Source of the DNA: an uncultured Clostridia bacterium
Lineage (GTDB): Bacteria > Bacillota > Clostridia > Christensenellales > UBA1242
Assembly: GCA_944382715.1 (NCBI GenBank)
Contig: CALWNC010000006.1
Coordinates: forward strand, 13,642 to 77,641
Direction of reading: 5' to 3'
Length of the DNA: 64,000 nt
In this document: piece by piece, positions 35,347 through 45,911 of the stretch
Numbering within the stretch: the stretch's first letter is position 1
Layout: every line of letters starts with the position of its first letter
Notes under the pieces: generated by a model
Told to the model about the DNA's origin: nothing
The model's input: only the letters and a program-made list of their open reading frames with translations
Databases searched by the model: none
Made by a program: the position numbers and the translations under genes

Positions 35347-36161
35347 AAAAAGATAATTATAGTGTACAAGAACTAACTCAAAGAGAAATTTCAAGGCTTA
35401 ATGCCGATGAAAGAGTTAATAAGTTAAAAAAAGAATGCTCTAGATATAAAAGAGCAATTTTGAAATGCAAGGAAAATGAGAAAATATTACGCAAAAAATT
35501 AGCACAACTAACTCAAAAAATAGGTTTAATTAAAGAAAATACAATTGGAAGTTTGTATTCATTATCTGAAAATATCATAGGAATAAAAGAATCCTTTCTT
35601 GAATATTGTGATAGATTCGCAGATGAAATAGAACGTGAGAATTTAAAAAGTTTTAGTAAAGAATTTGATTATATCTCTGATTTTGTTATCAATGTTTGTA
35701 ATGCAATTGAAATGAATTCAAATACTGGTGAGTTTGAGGATTACTCATATGATGAGCAATATGAAAATGATTACTCAGGTGCGACACAAAACACATTAAA
35801 TGATGAATATCAATGGGATTTTAAAAGTTCTAATAAGAAAAATGTAGAAAACAATCAATTTGCATCTGATAAAATTAGAAAATTATTTTATGATAAACCT
35901 TCAGAGAATAACAAAGTTAATAGCTATTTAGAAGATGATGGAGATTTTAACTTTAACGAAGCATTAAATCCAACAATGTCATTAAACGATATTATGGCAG
36001 ATTTAATTCCATCTGATAATGAAAATACTGATAATAAATTTAATACTCCAACTACTTCAATAGAAGAAAGTAGTAAAAACGATGAAAAACAAGATAATAG
36101 TGATTATGATGCTTGGTTTATGTCGCTTCAAAATATTATATCAAAAGAAACAAAGAAATAA
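35340..36161 (+). CDS. Hypothetical coiled-coil / acidic low-complexity protein
   Basis: Overlaps the lgt stop by 7 nt. N-terminal basic coiled-coil, and a C-terminal D/E/N-rich region. No family recognised. Confidence 0.55.
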   Translation: MVKKDNYSVQELTQREISRLNADERVNKLKKECSRYKRAILKCKENEKILRKKLAQLTQKIGLIKENTIGSLYSLSENIIGIKESFLEYCDRFADEIERENLKSFSKEFDYISDFVINVCNAIEMNSNTGEFEDYSYDEQYENDYSGATQNTLNDEYQWDFKSSNKKNVENNQFASDKIRKLFYDKPSENNKVNSYLEDDGDFNFNEALNPTMSLNDIMADLIPSDNENTDNKFNTPTTSIEESSKNDEKQDNSDYDAWFMSLQNIISKETKK

Positions 36162-36166
36162 TAAAA

Positions 36167-36197
36167 AACATTGCTACTTATTTTAGCAATGTTTTTT
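36167..36197. terminator. Hairpin terminator (A-run/T-run flanked)
   Basis: aacattgcta / 7-nt loop / tagcaatgtt followed by T-run, with an A-run upstream. Confidence 0.65.
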
Positions 36198-36299
36198 TAT
36201 TAAAATTATTATAAATTTTGTAAATATCAATTATAAAGCTTTATTTTTAGAAATTAATCATAATATATTTAGTATAACTTTGATGAATATGTTTACAAT

Positions 36300-38185
<1,886 letters not shown>

Positions 38186-38335
38186 ATAAATTACTCCTTT
38201 TCATTTAATTATATGCACCTAACTTATGTTTATTCAGTAAAAATTAATACAATATTTTGTCAATTTCTTTGTCTTTTAATCATAAATTTTATTAGCATAT
38301 ATTTTTATAATAAAACAAGGATTTGTAAAATAGCA

Positions 38336-39076
38336 ATGTTGACTGCCACAAGAAAATTAAAAAGATATAAACATAGAATTCTAGTAATATCCATAATAAT
38401 CTTTATTATTGTTGGATTTGTATTTTTCTTATGTTTAAAAGTTAAGAAAAAAAATGAAGAGTGCTTTAGTAAAAGATTTTTTTATGTACTATATTTAGAA
38501 AAAGATACTAAACAAACGGTATTAACATCACTTCAAGATACCGTAAAAAAACTCGGTGGTGCAGGGGAGATTTACTTTTATGATAAATATTACTATTTAA
38601 CTGCATCAGTTTACTTGATAAAAGATGAAGCTCTTGAAGTATTAAAAAATTTAAGTCAAAGTTTTCCAAACGCTGGAATTTTAAATCTTGAAAGAAAAAA
38701 ATTACCGAATTCAATTAAAACAAAAATTAAACAAAATACCGAATGTTTTAGATATTTTAACTTTGTTGATGAACTCATATTAGATTTTACAGAAAAAGAA
38801 TATTTGTATCTGTCGGGCAAATTAACGCAAAGAGAACTTGTTTCATATCTTCTTGAAAAAAAACTTAATCTTGAAGATATAATTAATAAGTTTATTTATG
38901 AAGAAGAAGATTTGCTAATGAAAAATATATATTATTATCAAAATCTATTATTGCTTTATTTTAATAATTTTTTTAGCACATTTTTTGAATCAACAAAGAA
39001 AAATTCTCTAGTATGCGAATTTGCAATAAATTCTGTTTTATTAAGCTTTGAAATGGTAAATAGCTTATTAAACTAG
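38336..39076 (+). CDS. Membrane-anchored hypothetical protein (possible SPOR-like beta-alpha-beta segment)
   Basis: ATG 38336, basic N-terminus, then TM ILVISIIIFIIVGFVFFLCL. FYVLYLEKDTKQ...YYYLTASVYLIKDEALEVLKNL is loosely SPOR-like. The upstream part of the track ORF lies in the groES promoter region. Confidence 0.45.
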   Translation: MLTATRKLKRYKHRILVISIIIFIIVGFVFFLCLKVKKKNEECFSKRFFYVLYLEKDTKQTVLTSLQDTVKKLGGAGEIYFYDKYYYLTASVYLIKDEALEVLKNLSQSFPNAGILNLERKKLPNSIKTKIKQNTECFRYFNFVDELILDFTEKEYLYLSGKLTQRELVSYLLEKKLNLEDIINKFIYEEEDLLMKNIYYYQNLLLLYFNNFFSTFFESTKKNSLVCEFAINSVLLSFEMVNSLLN

Positions 39077-39164
39077 CCTTTAAAAGTTTAAGATAGTAAA
39101 AAAATTGTCAAAAAAACTTGATTTTTGTCTAATATATGGTAAAATTTTATTAGGAGATGTTTTT

Positions 39165-39785
39165 ATGGGTTTTATGAATTGGCTAATGAAGGGAGCTGGA
39201 TTTGAGACAGAAGAAGTATTTGATAATTCTGCTCAAAAACAGATGCAAAGAGAAGAAAAACAAAAACTTAAAGAAGAGAAACAAAGAATTAAGGCAGAAA
39301 ATAGGGCTTTAAAGGTTCAAAAGAAAGCAGAAAAGGCAAAGAAAAAATATTCACATGAATTATCTTCTTCACAAGATTCTCAAACTAATACTAAGCAACC
39401 ACCAAAATCTACAGTGTCATATTCAGAGAATCCTGATCAATATAATATGTCAAGATATGAAGCTCCGATAGGTGATTATGGAGTTAAATCTTCAAATGTT
39501 GGTGGATATGGTACTAAAAATGTTGAATTTTTATATCCGACAAAATATGATGATGTTGCTACTGTTATAAGATTCTTAAAAGAAGGCGAATCAGTAATGT
39601 TGAATTTATCCCAAATGAATGATTTTGATTCTCAGAGATTGCTTGATTGTGCTTATGGTGCTGTATATGCCTTAAATGGAAATATTAGAAGGGTAGATAG
39701 CAACATTTTCTTTATAACTCCAGAAGGATTTAATATTAAAATTCCAACAGATATAAATTCAAATGGAGGCATGCAAAATAATTAA
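39165..39785 (+). CDS. sepF: Cell division protein SepF
   Basis: ATG 39165 follows aggag. The C-terminal DUF552 core VATVIRFLKEGESVMLNLSQMNDFDSQRLLDCAYGAVYALNGNIRRVDSNIFFITPEGFNI matches the SepF pattern. Confidence 0.85.
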   Translation: MGFMNWLMKGAGFETEEVFDNSAQKQMQREEKQKLKEEKQRIKAENRALKVQKKAEKAKKKYSHELSSSQDSQTNTKQPPKSTVSYSENPDQYNMSRYEAPIGDYGVKSSNVGGYGTKNVEFLYPTKYDDVATVIRFLKEGESVMLNLSQMNDFDSQRLLDCAYGAVYALNGNIRRVDSNIFFITPEGFNIKIPTDINSNGGMQNN

Positions 39786-39868
39786 TTTATAACAAGATAA
39801 GACATAATATTTTATGTCTTTTTCTTGCTAAATTTTATCAATAAATTATAATTAAGAGGGAGAAGAAT

Positions 39869-40342
39869 ATGTTTAGAAAAATAGTAATAGCTTATGACCA
39901 CAGAGTAAATTTAAAAATTATTGAAAAAATTAAGGATACATTAAAGGCAAATAACATCGAATCATTTGTTGTTGAAGATAATGGTGAAACTAATGATTAT
40001 CCAATTCTTGCCGAAAAATGTCATGCACTTTATAGAGAAAAAGAGGCTGATGGAATGATTTTGCTGTGTGGAACTGGGATTGGTATGAATATTGTGGCTA
40101 ATAAGTTTAAAGGTATAAGGTCTGTTCTTGCAAACTCTGAGGCAGAAGCATATTTTTCTCGTAGACACGAAAATGCGAATTGTCTTGTTTTTGGTGCTGG
40201 ATATAGTGATGATAACTATGAGATTAAACTATGCAGTAGAAAAATGGTGAGAATTATTAATGTATTTTTAAACACAGATTTTGAAGGTGACAGACATATT
40301 CGTAGATTAAATGAAATAGTTGATATTGAATCTAAGCAATAA
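39869..40342 (+). CDS. rpiB: Ribose-5-phosphate isomerase B (RpiB/LacAB family)
   Basis: LLCGTGIGMNIVANKFKGIRSVL, HENANCLVFGAG. Confidence 0.86.
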   Translation: MFRKIVIAYDHRVNLKIIEKIKDTLKANNIESFVVEDNGETNDYPILAEKCHALYREKEADGMILLCGTGIGMNIVANKFKGIRSVLANSEAEAYFSRRHENANCLVFGAGYSDDNYEIKLCSRKMVRIINVFLNTDFEGDRHIRRLNEIVDIESKQ

Positions 40343-40438
40343 ATGAATTATTTTTCTCTAATAAATTGAACACTTTTTGAAAATACATCTTGTAAAAGAT
40401 GAAATTGAGTGTTATAATATTAACAGTGGAGAAAACTT

Positions 40439-42118
40439 ATGATATTAGTCAAAAATAATAATATTGTAATTGTAGATGATGAATTTACCTCAAAAGAATT
40501 GTTAGATGCTAAGCAGAAATTGCAAAATTCTTCTAATAATATAGAAGTTACTATTAGCAAAAGTTTGGCTTTAAAAGATAGTAAAATAATTGAAAAAGTT
40601 TGTAAAACTCTGCCTAATTCTAGAGTTTTAATTGAACTAAAAGAAACTGAATATGATGCAAATTTTAATCAAAGTCAGATCTTTGATAAAGAACAATTAA
40701 GTACATTAATGTTGGAGTATTCAATTGCCTCTAATTACAATTGTGTACTAAGTTTAAAAGGTAATGATTGGGTAGACGATAAATTGCATAGAAGAAATAT
40801 AATTCCAGTTTCTAAAGTTATTATAGCAAGTGGAAAAATTGAAAAGTGGGTTGATCAAATTAACTCTGCCAAGGTTAATGGCAAGCCTCTTTCTCCATTT
40901 GAAAAATATCTCTATGCTTATCAAATTGTAACTCAATTTAAGTTTACAGAAAAGGATCTTTTTGAAGCAAGAGATATTGCACGAGTTCTGACGGGAGATA
41001 GTATTGTATGTGCAGGTTTTTCACAAATTCTTTCTGAACTTTGTAGAAGAGTGGGAATTCCTTGCAAAAGACAGTATATTCATATTGAAGAAGAAACCAA
41101 TGACGACAAAAATAAAATTAACCATATGGAATGTGTGGTTGAGCTTGTTGATGAAAAATATGGAATAAAAGGATTTTATATTGCAGACCCAACTATTGAT
41201 TCCTATGATTCAAATATTAAAGATAGTAATAGTATAAATCACGCACTTATGAATATTGATGAATATGAAGATTTGTATATGAACGAATCCATCATTATAA
41301 AAGATGATGAACCATTAGCTTCTTCTTATTACTTTTTGAGAGATACAAAATCAATTCCAGATAATAAGTTAATTGAGGAGAGCGAAAGACCTCTCAGAAT
41401 TGTTCAAGAGAAAATAAAAAACCCAAAATTTATAGAAGAATTTAATAAATTTAATAATAAAATTTATAACTCCCGTGAAGATGTAGATGGAAATGATTTT
41501 GTAGTTTTTCACGGCGAAAAATATGATAGGATTGCAATTGGACCTAAATCATATACTATTGATGAGATTGCTAATAATGATAAGCTATTAAGTGCACTAT
41601 TATTAAGATTATATACACTCTATGAGTTTAGTGAATATAATGAAATGGCAATTACAGCTGAAAAATTCGCAAAAAAAAGCTTGAATAAAAAATTTATGAA
41701 AAAGACAAAAGATAATGAAAGCGAATTAAAGGCACTTTCTAATATACAAAAAAATGATTTAATACTAACGGACCCAATTTTACTTGCTGAGATTGGAAGA
41801 TGCTTTGACCTTAAAACAATTACTGAGTCTAAATCACATGAGCTAATGCAAGCACTTAATAGTGCACATTTTGAACTTCCAAAAATTAGAGATTATGTAA
41901 GTGCTTTAACAAATGTTTATATGGCTAATGGCTATTCAAGAGAGGAGTCGGAGATTTATACTAAAATACTAATTTCAAATTCTATTGATTTTGCCTATGC
42001 ACAAGGTTGGGATTTGTTAACGACTAATAATCCCTTTGCAGTTCAGGCTCGTTTAAGATATGGTGATGAAGATAATGAATTGAAAGCCAGTGAAAGTAAT
42101 GAAAAGACCAATGAATAA
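40439..42118 (+). CDS. Transglutaminase-like (papain-fold Cys-His-Asp) domain protein, 559 aa
   Basis: GDSIVCAGFSQILSELCRRVGIPCKRQYI ... NHMECVVEL ... GFYIADPT reproduces the Cys/His/Asp spacing of the transglutaminase core. The flanking domains are unrecognised. Confidence 0.55.
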   Translation: MILVKNNNIVIVDDEFTSKELLDAKQKLQNSSNNIEVTISKSLALKDSKIIEKVCKTLPNSRVLIELKETEYDANFNQSQIFDKEQLSTLMLEYSIASNYNCVLSLKGNDWVDDKLHRRNIIPVSKVIIASGKIEKWVDQINSAKVNGKPLSPFEKYLYAYQIVTQFKFTEKDLFEARDIARVLTGDSIVCAGFSQILSELCRRVGIPCKRQYIHIEEETNDDKNKINHMECVVELVDEKYGIKGFYIADPTIDSYDSNIKDSNSINHALMNIDEYEDLYMNESIIIKDDEPLASSYYFLRDTKSIPDNKLIEESERPLRIVQEKIKNPKFIEEFNKFNNKIYNSREDVDGNDFVVFHGEKYDRIAIGPKSYTIDEIANNDKLLSALLLRLYTLYEFSEYNEMAITAEKFAKKSLNKKFMKKTKDNESELKALSNIQKNDLILTDPILLAEIGRCFDLKTITESKSHELMQALNSAHFELPKIRDYVSALTNVYMANGYSREESEIYTKILISNSIDFAYAQGWDLLTTNNPFAVQARLRYGDEDNELKASESNEKTNE

Positions 42119-42137
42119 AGCAAAGTAAATTATAAAA

Positions 42138-42169
42138 AAAACTACCTAAAAATTATTAGGTAGTTTTTT
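42138..42169. terminator. Bidirectional terminator between convergent genes
   Basis: aaaactacctaa / 6-nt loop / ttaggtagtttt with A-run and T-run flanks. Confidence 0.75.
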
Positions 42170-42299
42170 ATTAATAAAAATTCATTATTATTTGTAATTT
42201 GTAAACCAATTTTATAGTATTAACATTGCAGTGTTATTATATGAATTTGTTTTTAATAACTAAAATACTTAAAGGTATTTGAAATTATTACTTTTTAAT

Positions 42300-43679
42300 T
42301 TAAAATAGTATTTTATCATTAACAAAACTTATTAATTCCTCTGTAGTCATTCTAACTTGGCTCATATCATCACGATTACGAACTGTAAAGGTTTCATTTT
42401 CAAGAGTTTCAAAGTCAATTGTGATTGAGTAAGGAGTTCCAATTTGGTCTTGACGACGATATCTTTTTCCTATTGAACCAGCTTCATCAAATGTGCACAT
42501 AAAGTACTTTGATAATTTTTTATAGATTTCTCTTGCTTTTTCTGATAAGTTTTTTTGAAGTGGCAAAACTGCTACTTTATATGGAGCAATGGCGGGGTGG
42601 AAGTGATAAACAATTCGCGTTTCTCCATTTTCTAGAGTTTCTTCATCGTAAAATTCGCATAAAACTGCAAGTGTCAGTCTGTCGCTACCAATTGAGTATT
42701 CTACATCGTGAGGGATATATTTTTCATTGGTAACTGGGTCAATGTAAAATAGATTTTTACCAGAATAATTTTGATGCTGTGATAAATCATAATCAGTGCG
42801 ATAGTGAATACCATTCAATTCATTCCAACCAAAAGGATATTTGAAAATGATATCACATGCAGCTTTGGCATAGAAGGCAAGTTTTTCGTGGTCTTTAAAG
42901 TTTAAATGTTCTCTACTAAATCCAAGGTCCAACAAAAAGTCCATTGCTTTTTGTTTGTATTCTTCATAATATTTAAAACCCTGTTCTTCATTTTTGCAGA
43001 ACCATTGATGTTCCATTTGTTCAAATTCAATCGTACGAAAAGTAAAGTTGCCCGGAGTAATTTCATTCCTGAAAGCCTTTCCAATTTGTCCAATTCCAAA
43101 TGGAATTTTTGCTCTTGTGGTGCGTTGAACATTTAGAAAGTTAACAAACTCACCTTGAGCAGTTTCTGGTCTGAGATAGATTACATCGTCACTGTCACCA
43201 GTGATATTTCTGCTGGTTTTAAACATCAATTGAAATTGACGAATAGGGGTCCAGTTAAATGTTCCACAAACAGGGCATTTAATTTGATGACTATTTATAT
43301 ATTCTTCCATTTCCGAATTGCTCATAGCATCAACATCAACTTCACCCTTAGAATAATTTTCGATTAAATTATCTGCTCTTGTACGAGTTTTACAAGTTTT
43401 ACAATCCATTTTAGGATCGGTAAATGAAGCTACATGTCCTGAAGCTTCCCAAACCTTAGGATTCATCATTATTGCCGCATCAACACCATAGCTATTTTCT
43501 GATTCTTGTACAAATCTTTTCCACCACACTTTTTTTATGTTATTTTTTAATTCTACACCAACTGGTCCATAGTCCCACGTGTTTGCAAGTCCATCATAAA
43601 TGTCAGAACCCGGATATACTATACCAGTGTTTTTGCAGTGTGCAACAAGTTTGTCCATTGTAAGTTTATTTTCTTTCAT
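42300..43679 (-). CDS. glyQS: Glycine--tRNA ligase (alpha2 type)
   Basis: Class II motifs incl. FRNEITPGNFTFRTIEFEQME. Start at MKENKLTMDKL (ATG 43679) after aggagaa. 459 aa. Confidence 0.93.
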   Translation of the reverse strand: MKENKLTMDKLVAHCKNTGIVYPGSDIYDGLANTWDYGPVGVELKNNIKKVWWKRFVQESENSYGVDAAIMMNPKVWEASGHVASFTDPKMDCKTCKTRTRADNLIENYSKGEVDVDAMSNSEMEEYINSHQIKCPVCGTFNWTPIRQFQLMFKTSRNITGDSDDVIYLRPETAQGEFVNFLNVQRTTRAKIPFGIGQIGKAFRNEITPGNFTFRTIEFEQMEHQWFCKNEEQGFKYYEEYKQKAMDFLLDLGFSREHLNFKDHEKLAFYAKAACDIIFKYPFGWNELNGIHYRTDYDLSQHQNYSGKNLFYIDPVTNEKYIPHDVEYSIGSDRLTLAVLCEFYDEETLENGETRIVYHFHPAIAPYKVAVLPLQKNLSEKAREIYKKLSKYFMCTFDEAGSIGKRYRRQDQIGTPYSITIDFETLENETFTVRNRDDMSQVRMTTEELISFVNDKILF

Positions 43680-43699
43680 TGTTATTCTCCTAAATTTAT

Positions 43700-43924
43700 T
43701 TTTTTTCAAAACAAAAGGGTCTAATCTCGCACTAGCAAAAAAATTCTTGCTAAGGGACGAGAGATTAGACCCGTGGTTCCACCCTTATTAGTAACAAATT
43801 GTTACTCACTTATTTATATAATAGCTCCAAAGTGCCTTCGCCAAGGTTTTACAATTTCTTTTCACCAACCAGAAACTCTCTCATGTAAATATCCCTAGTT
43901 ACTCTTCTTTTTCATCGCTAATAT
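43700..43924 (-). promoter_or_regulatory. T-box riboswitch leader (glycine, GGC specifier)
   Basis: The minus strand has AGCGATGAAAAAGAAGAGTA (stem I base), AGAGAG...GGTTGGTGAAA, and the specifier-loop candidate GAAGGCA (GGC at 43834-43836). It also has the T-box sequence GGGTGGAACCACGGG (43784-43770), and a terminator GGGTCTAATCTC...GAGATTAGACCC (43773-43717) followed by TTTTGTTTTG. Confidence 0.88.
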
Positions 43925-43930
43925 TATAAT

Positions 43931-43958
43931 ATTATAATTTTAATTTGAGTTTTGTCAA
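43931..43958 (-). promoter_or_regulatory. Sigma-A-type promoter of the glyQS T-box leader
   Basis: Minus strand TTGACA (43958-53), 16 nt, TATAAT (43936-31). Confidence 0.55.
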
Positions 43959-44008
43959 TTATTAAATTCAAATTTTAAAAAGTTGTTAAAAATTAGCTAA
44001 AATTTAAT

Positions 44009-44572
44009 TTAATTTAATGCCTCTTGAGTTATTTCACTATTATCATTTTTAGGAATATCAAATTTTTCGCCATTTATAAGGGAACAAATTAGCCTTGCCA
44101 TTTCATCAGTCGATTCTTTTGTACCATCTTTAAGCCATTCAAATAGAGTTGCACTGATTGCTGATAGATAAAATATTGGAATATATTTTGATGTTTTATT
44201 GATTAAATCGTTTGGCATATTTTTATTTAACTTATTCGTGGAAACTAAAAGCAAACTATTTGCAATTTCACTTCCTTCAAAAGAGGGGATAATCAATTTA
44301 TATTGTTTAAATGTTTCAAAGAATTCCTTAATTATATAGTAATGGTTGACAGTTTCTAAATGTTCTAAATTTTCTCTCATATTTTCAGCAATCTGTTCAA
44401 TTCCTTTCATTGTCAAATCTTCTTTTGATTCAAAATTTCTATAAAAAGACATTCTAGAAACACCTGCTTTTTCGCAAATGTCACAAACTGAAATTTCATC
44501 GTACTGCTTCTTTTCAAGTAGACATTTATAAGCTTCAAATATATATTGTTTAGTTAGATTTTCTTTCTTCAT
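44009..44572 (-). CDS. TetR/AcrR-family transcriptional regulator
   Basis: N-terminal HTH ISVCDICEKAGVSRMSFYRNFESKEDL. Start at MKKENL (ATG 44572) after aggag. Confidence 0.85.
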   Translation of the reverse strand: MKKENLTKQYIFEAYKCLLEKKQYDEISVCDICEKAGVSRMSFYRNFESKEDLTMKGIEQIAENMRENLEHLETVNHYYIIKEFFETFKQYKLIIPSFEGSEIANSLLLVSTNKLNKNMPNDLINKTSKYIPIFYLSAISATLFEWLKDGTKESTDEMARLICSLINGEKFDIPKNDNSEITQEALN

Positions 44573-44619
44573 ATTGTATTCTCCTAGAATTATATTAGCA
44601 GAAAAATTAAACATTTCAA

Positions 44620-44740
44620 ACTGTTATAACATCAACTGTAACATATGTTAAATTTATATAAATAAAGGAGTTACAAATGTTACAAACACGCTAATTTTGC
44701 AAACTAGTAACATATGGTTGTAACATATTTCTGTAACAAA
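44620..44740. promoter_or_regulatory. Candidate operator array: GTAACATAT repeats and a 12-bp palindrome
   Basis: GTAACATAT at 44638, 44707 and 44720. GTAACA at 44733. TGTTAC at 44678. Perfect palindrome TAACATATGTTA at 44639-44650. All lie between the divergent tetR and ABC genes. Confidence 0.4.
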
Positions 44741-44947
44741 TTTATTGTTGAATTTGTATGTTTATTTTGTTTTCTTTTTTTATAAATTAAAGTATAATAC
44801 ACTATAGTAGTTAATTTTATTTATATATTAATGTAGTTTATTGTTTAGTATTTTGTAGTTTTATGCACTGTCCATGAATTAGAAATAAGTTAGAAATTTA
44901 CTACTTTATGTATATAAATTGTTAGGTTTAATAACCTTGGAGGAACT

Positions 44948-45910
44948 ATGATTGAGCTAAGAAATATTAAGAAATATTATAAAATGGGTGACAATGTAGT
45001 AAAAGCTTTAGATGATGTAAGCTTGAAAGTTGAAGATGGTGAATTTGTTACAATTATTGGTCCATCAGGCTCAGGTAAATCAACACTAATGAATATTATT
45101 GGCTGTTTAGATAAGGCAACCTCTGGAAGTTATCTAATTGATGGAATAGAAGTATCAAATTACACAGAAAACCAGCTTGCCTATTTAAGAAATAAAAAAA
45201 TGGGATTCATATTTCAAGGTTTTAATTTACTACAAAACTTGTCAGCATATGAAAATGTTGATTTGCCACTAATTTATCAAGGACTTTCTTTATCTGAAAG
45301 AAAAGAAAGAGTAAATAAATCGTTAAAACTTGTGGGAATGAGTGAAAGAATGAAGCATAAACCTAGTGAACTTTCTGGGGGACAGCAACAGAGAGTGGCA
45401 ATTGCAAGGGCTCTTGCGACTATGCCTATGTATATATTGGCTGACGAACCTACTGGGAATCTGGACTCGGTAACTGGTGAAGAGATTATGAAAATTCTAA
45501 AGAATTTAAATAAGAACGGCACTACAGTTATTATAATCACTCATAATGATGATATAGCTAAGCTTTCAAGGAGAGTAGTTAGAATTCACGATGGTAAAAT
45601 AGAATCAGATATAGTTAATGAAAATATTAAGTCATATGGTGATTCTATAGATGAAAGTTTGGAAGATAATTCATTTGATTCTTGTGATGAAAATTCTCAA
45701 ATTCAAATTGAAGAAAACCCTAAATTAAAAGAAAAACAAGAACAAATTGAGATTCTGGATAATAAAGATAATGACGAAAAATTAAAAGAAGATATGGATT
45801 CTGATAAAATTAAGCCAGTTAAAACAGTGCCAATAAAAAGGAAAAAAGATTTGTCAGAAAAGAAAGTTTTAGTAAAATCAAAGAAATCTAGCAGAAAGGA
45901 GGAACTTTAA
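44948..45910 (+). CDS. ABC transporter ATP-binding protein (MacB/LolD-type) with a ~95-aa charged C-terminal extension
   Basis: Walker [11 protein letters not shown]-loop, [15 protein letters not shown], and [11 protein letters not shown]. The tail from about residue 225 is D/E/K-rich. Confidence 0.9.
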   Translation: MIELRNIKKYYKMGDNVVKALDDVSLKVEDGEFVTIIGPSGSGKSTLMNIIGCLDKATSGSYLIDGIEVSNYTENQLAYLRNKKMGFIFQGFNLLQNLSAYENVDLPLIYQGLSLSERKERVNKSLKLVGMSERMKHKPSELSGGQQQRVAIARALATMPMYILADEPTGNLDSVTGEEIMKILKNLNKNGTTVIIITHNDDIAKLSRRVVRIHDGKIESDIVNENIKSYGDSIDESLEDNSFDSCDENSQIQIEENPKLKEKQEQIEILDNKDNDEKLKEDMDSDKIKPVKTVPIKRKKDLSEKKVLVKSKKSSRKEEL

Positions 45911-45911
45911 G

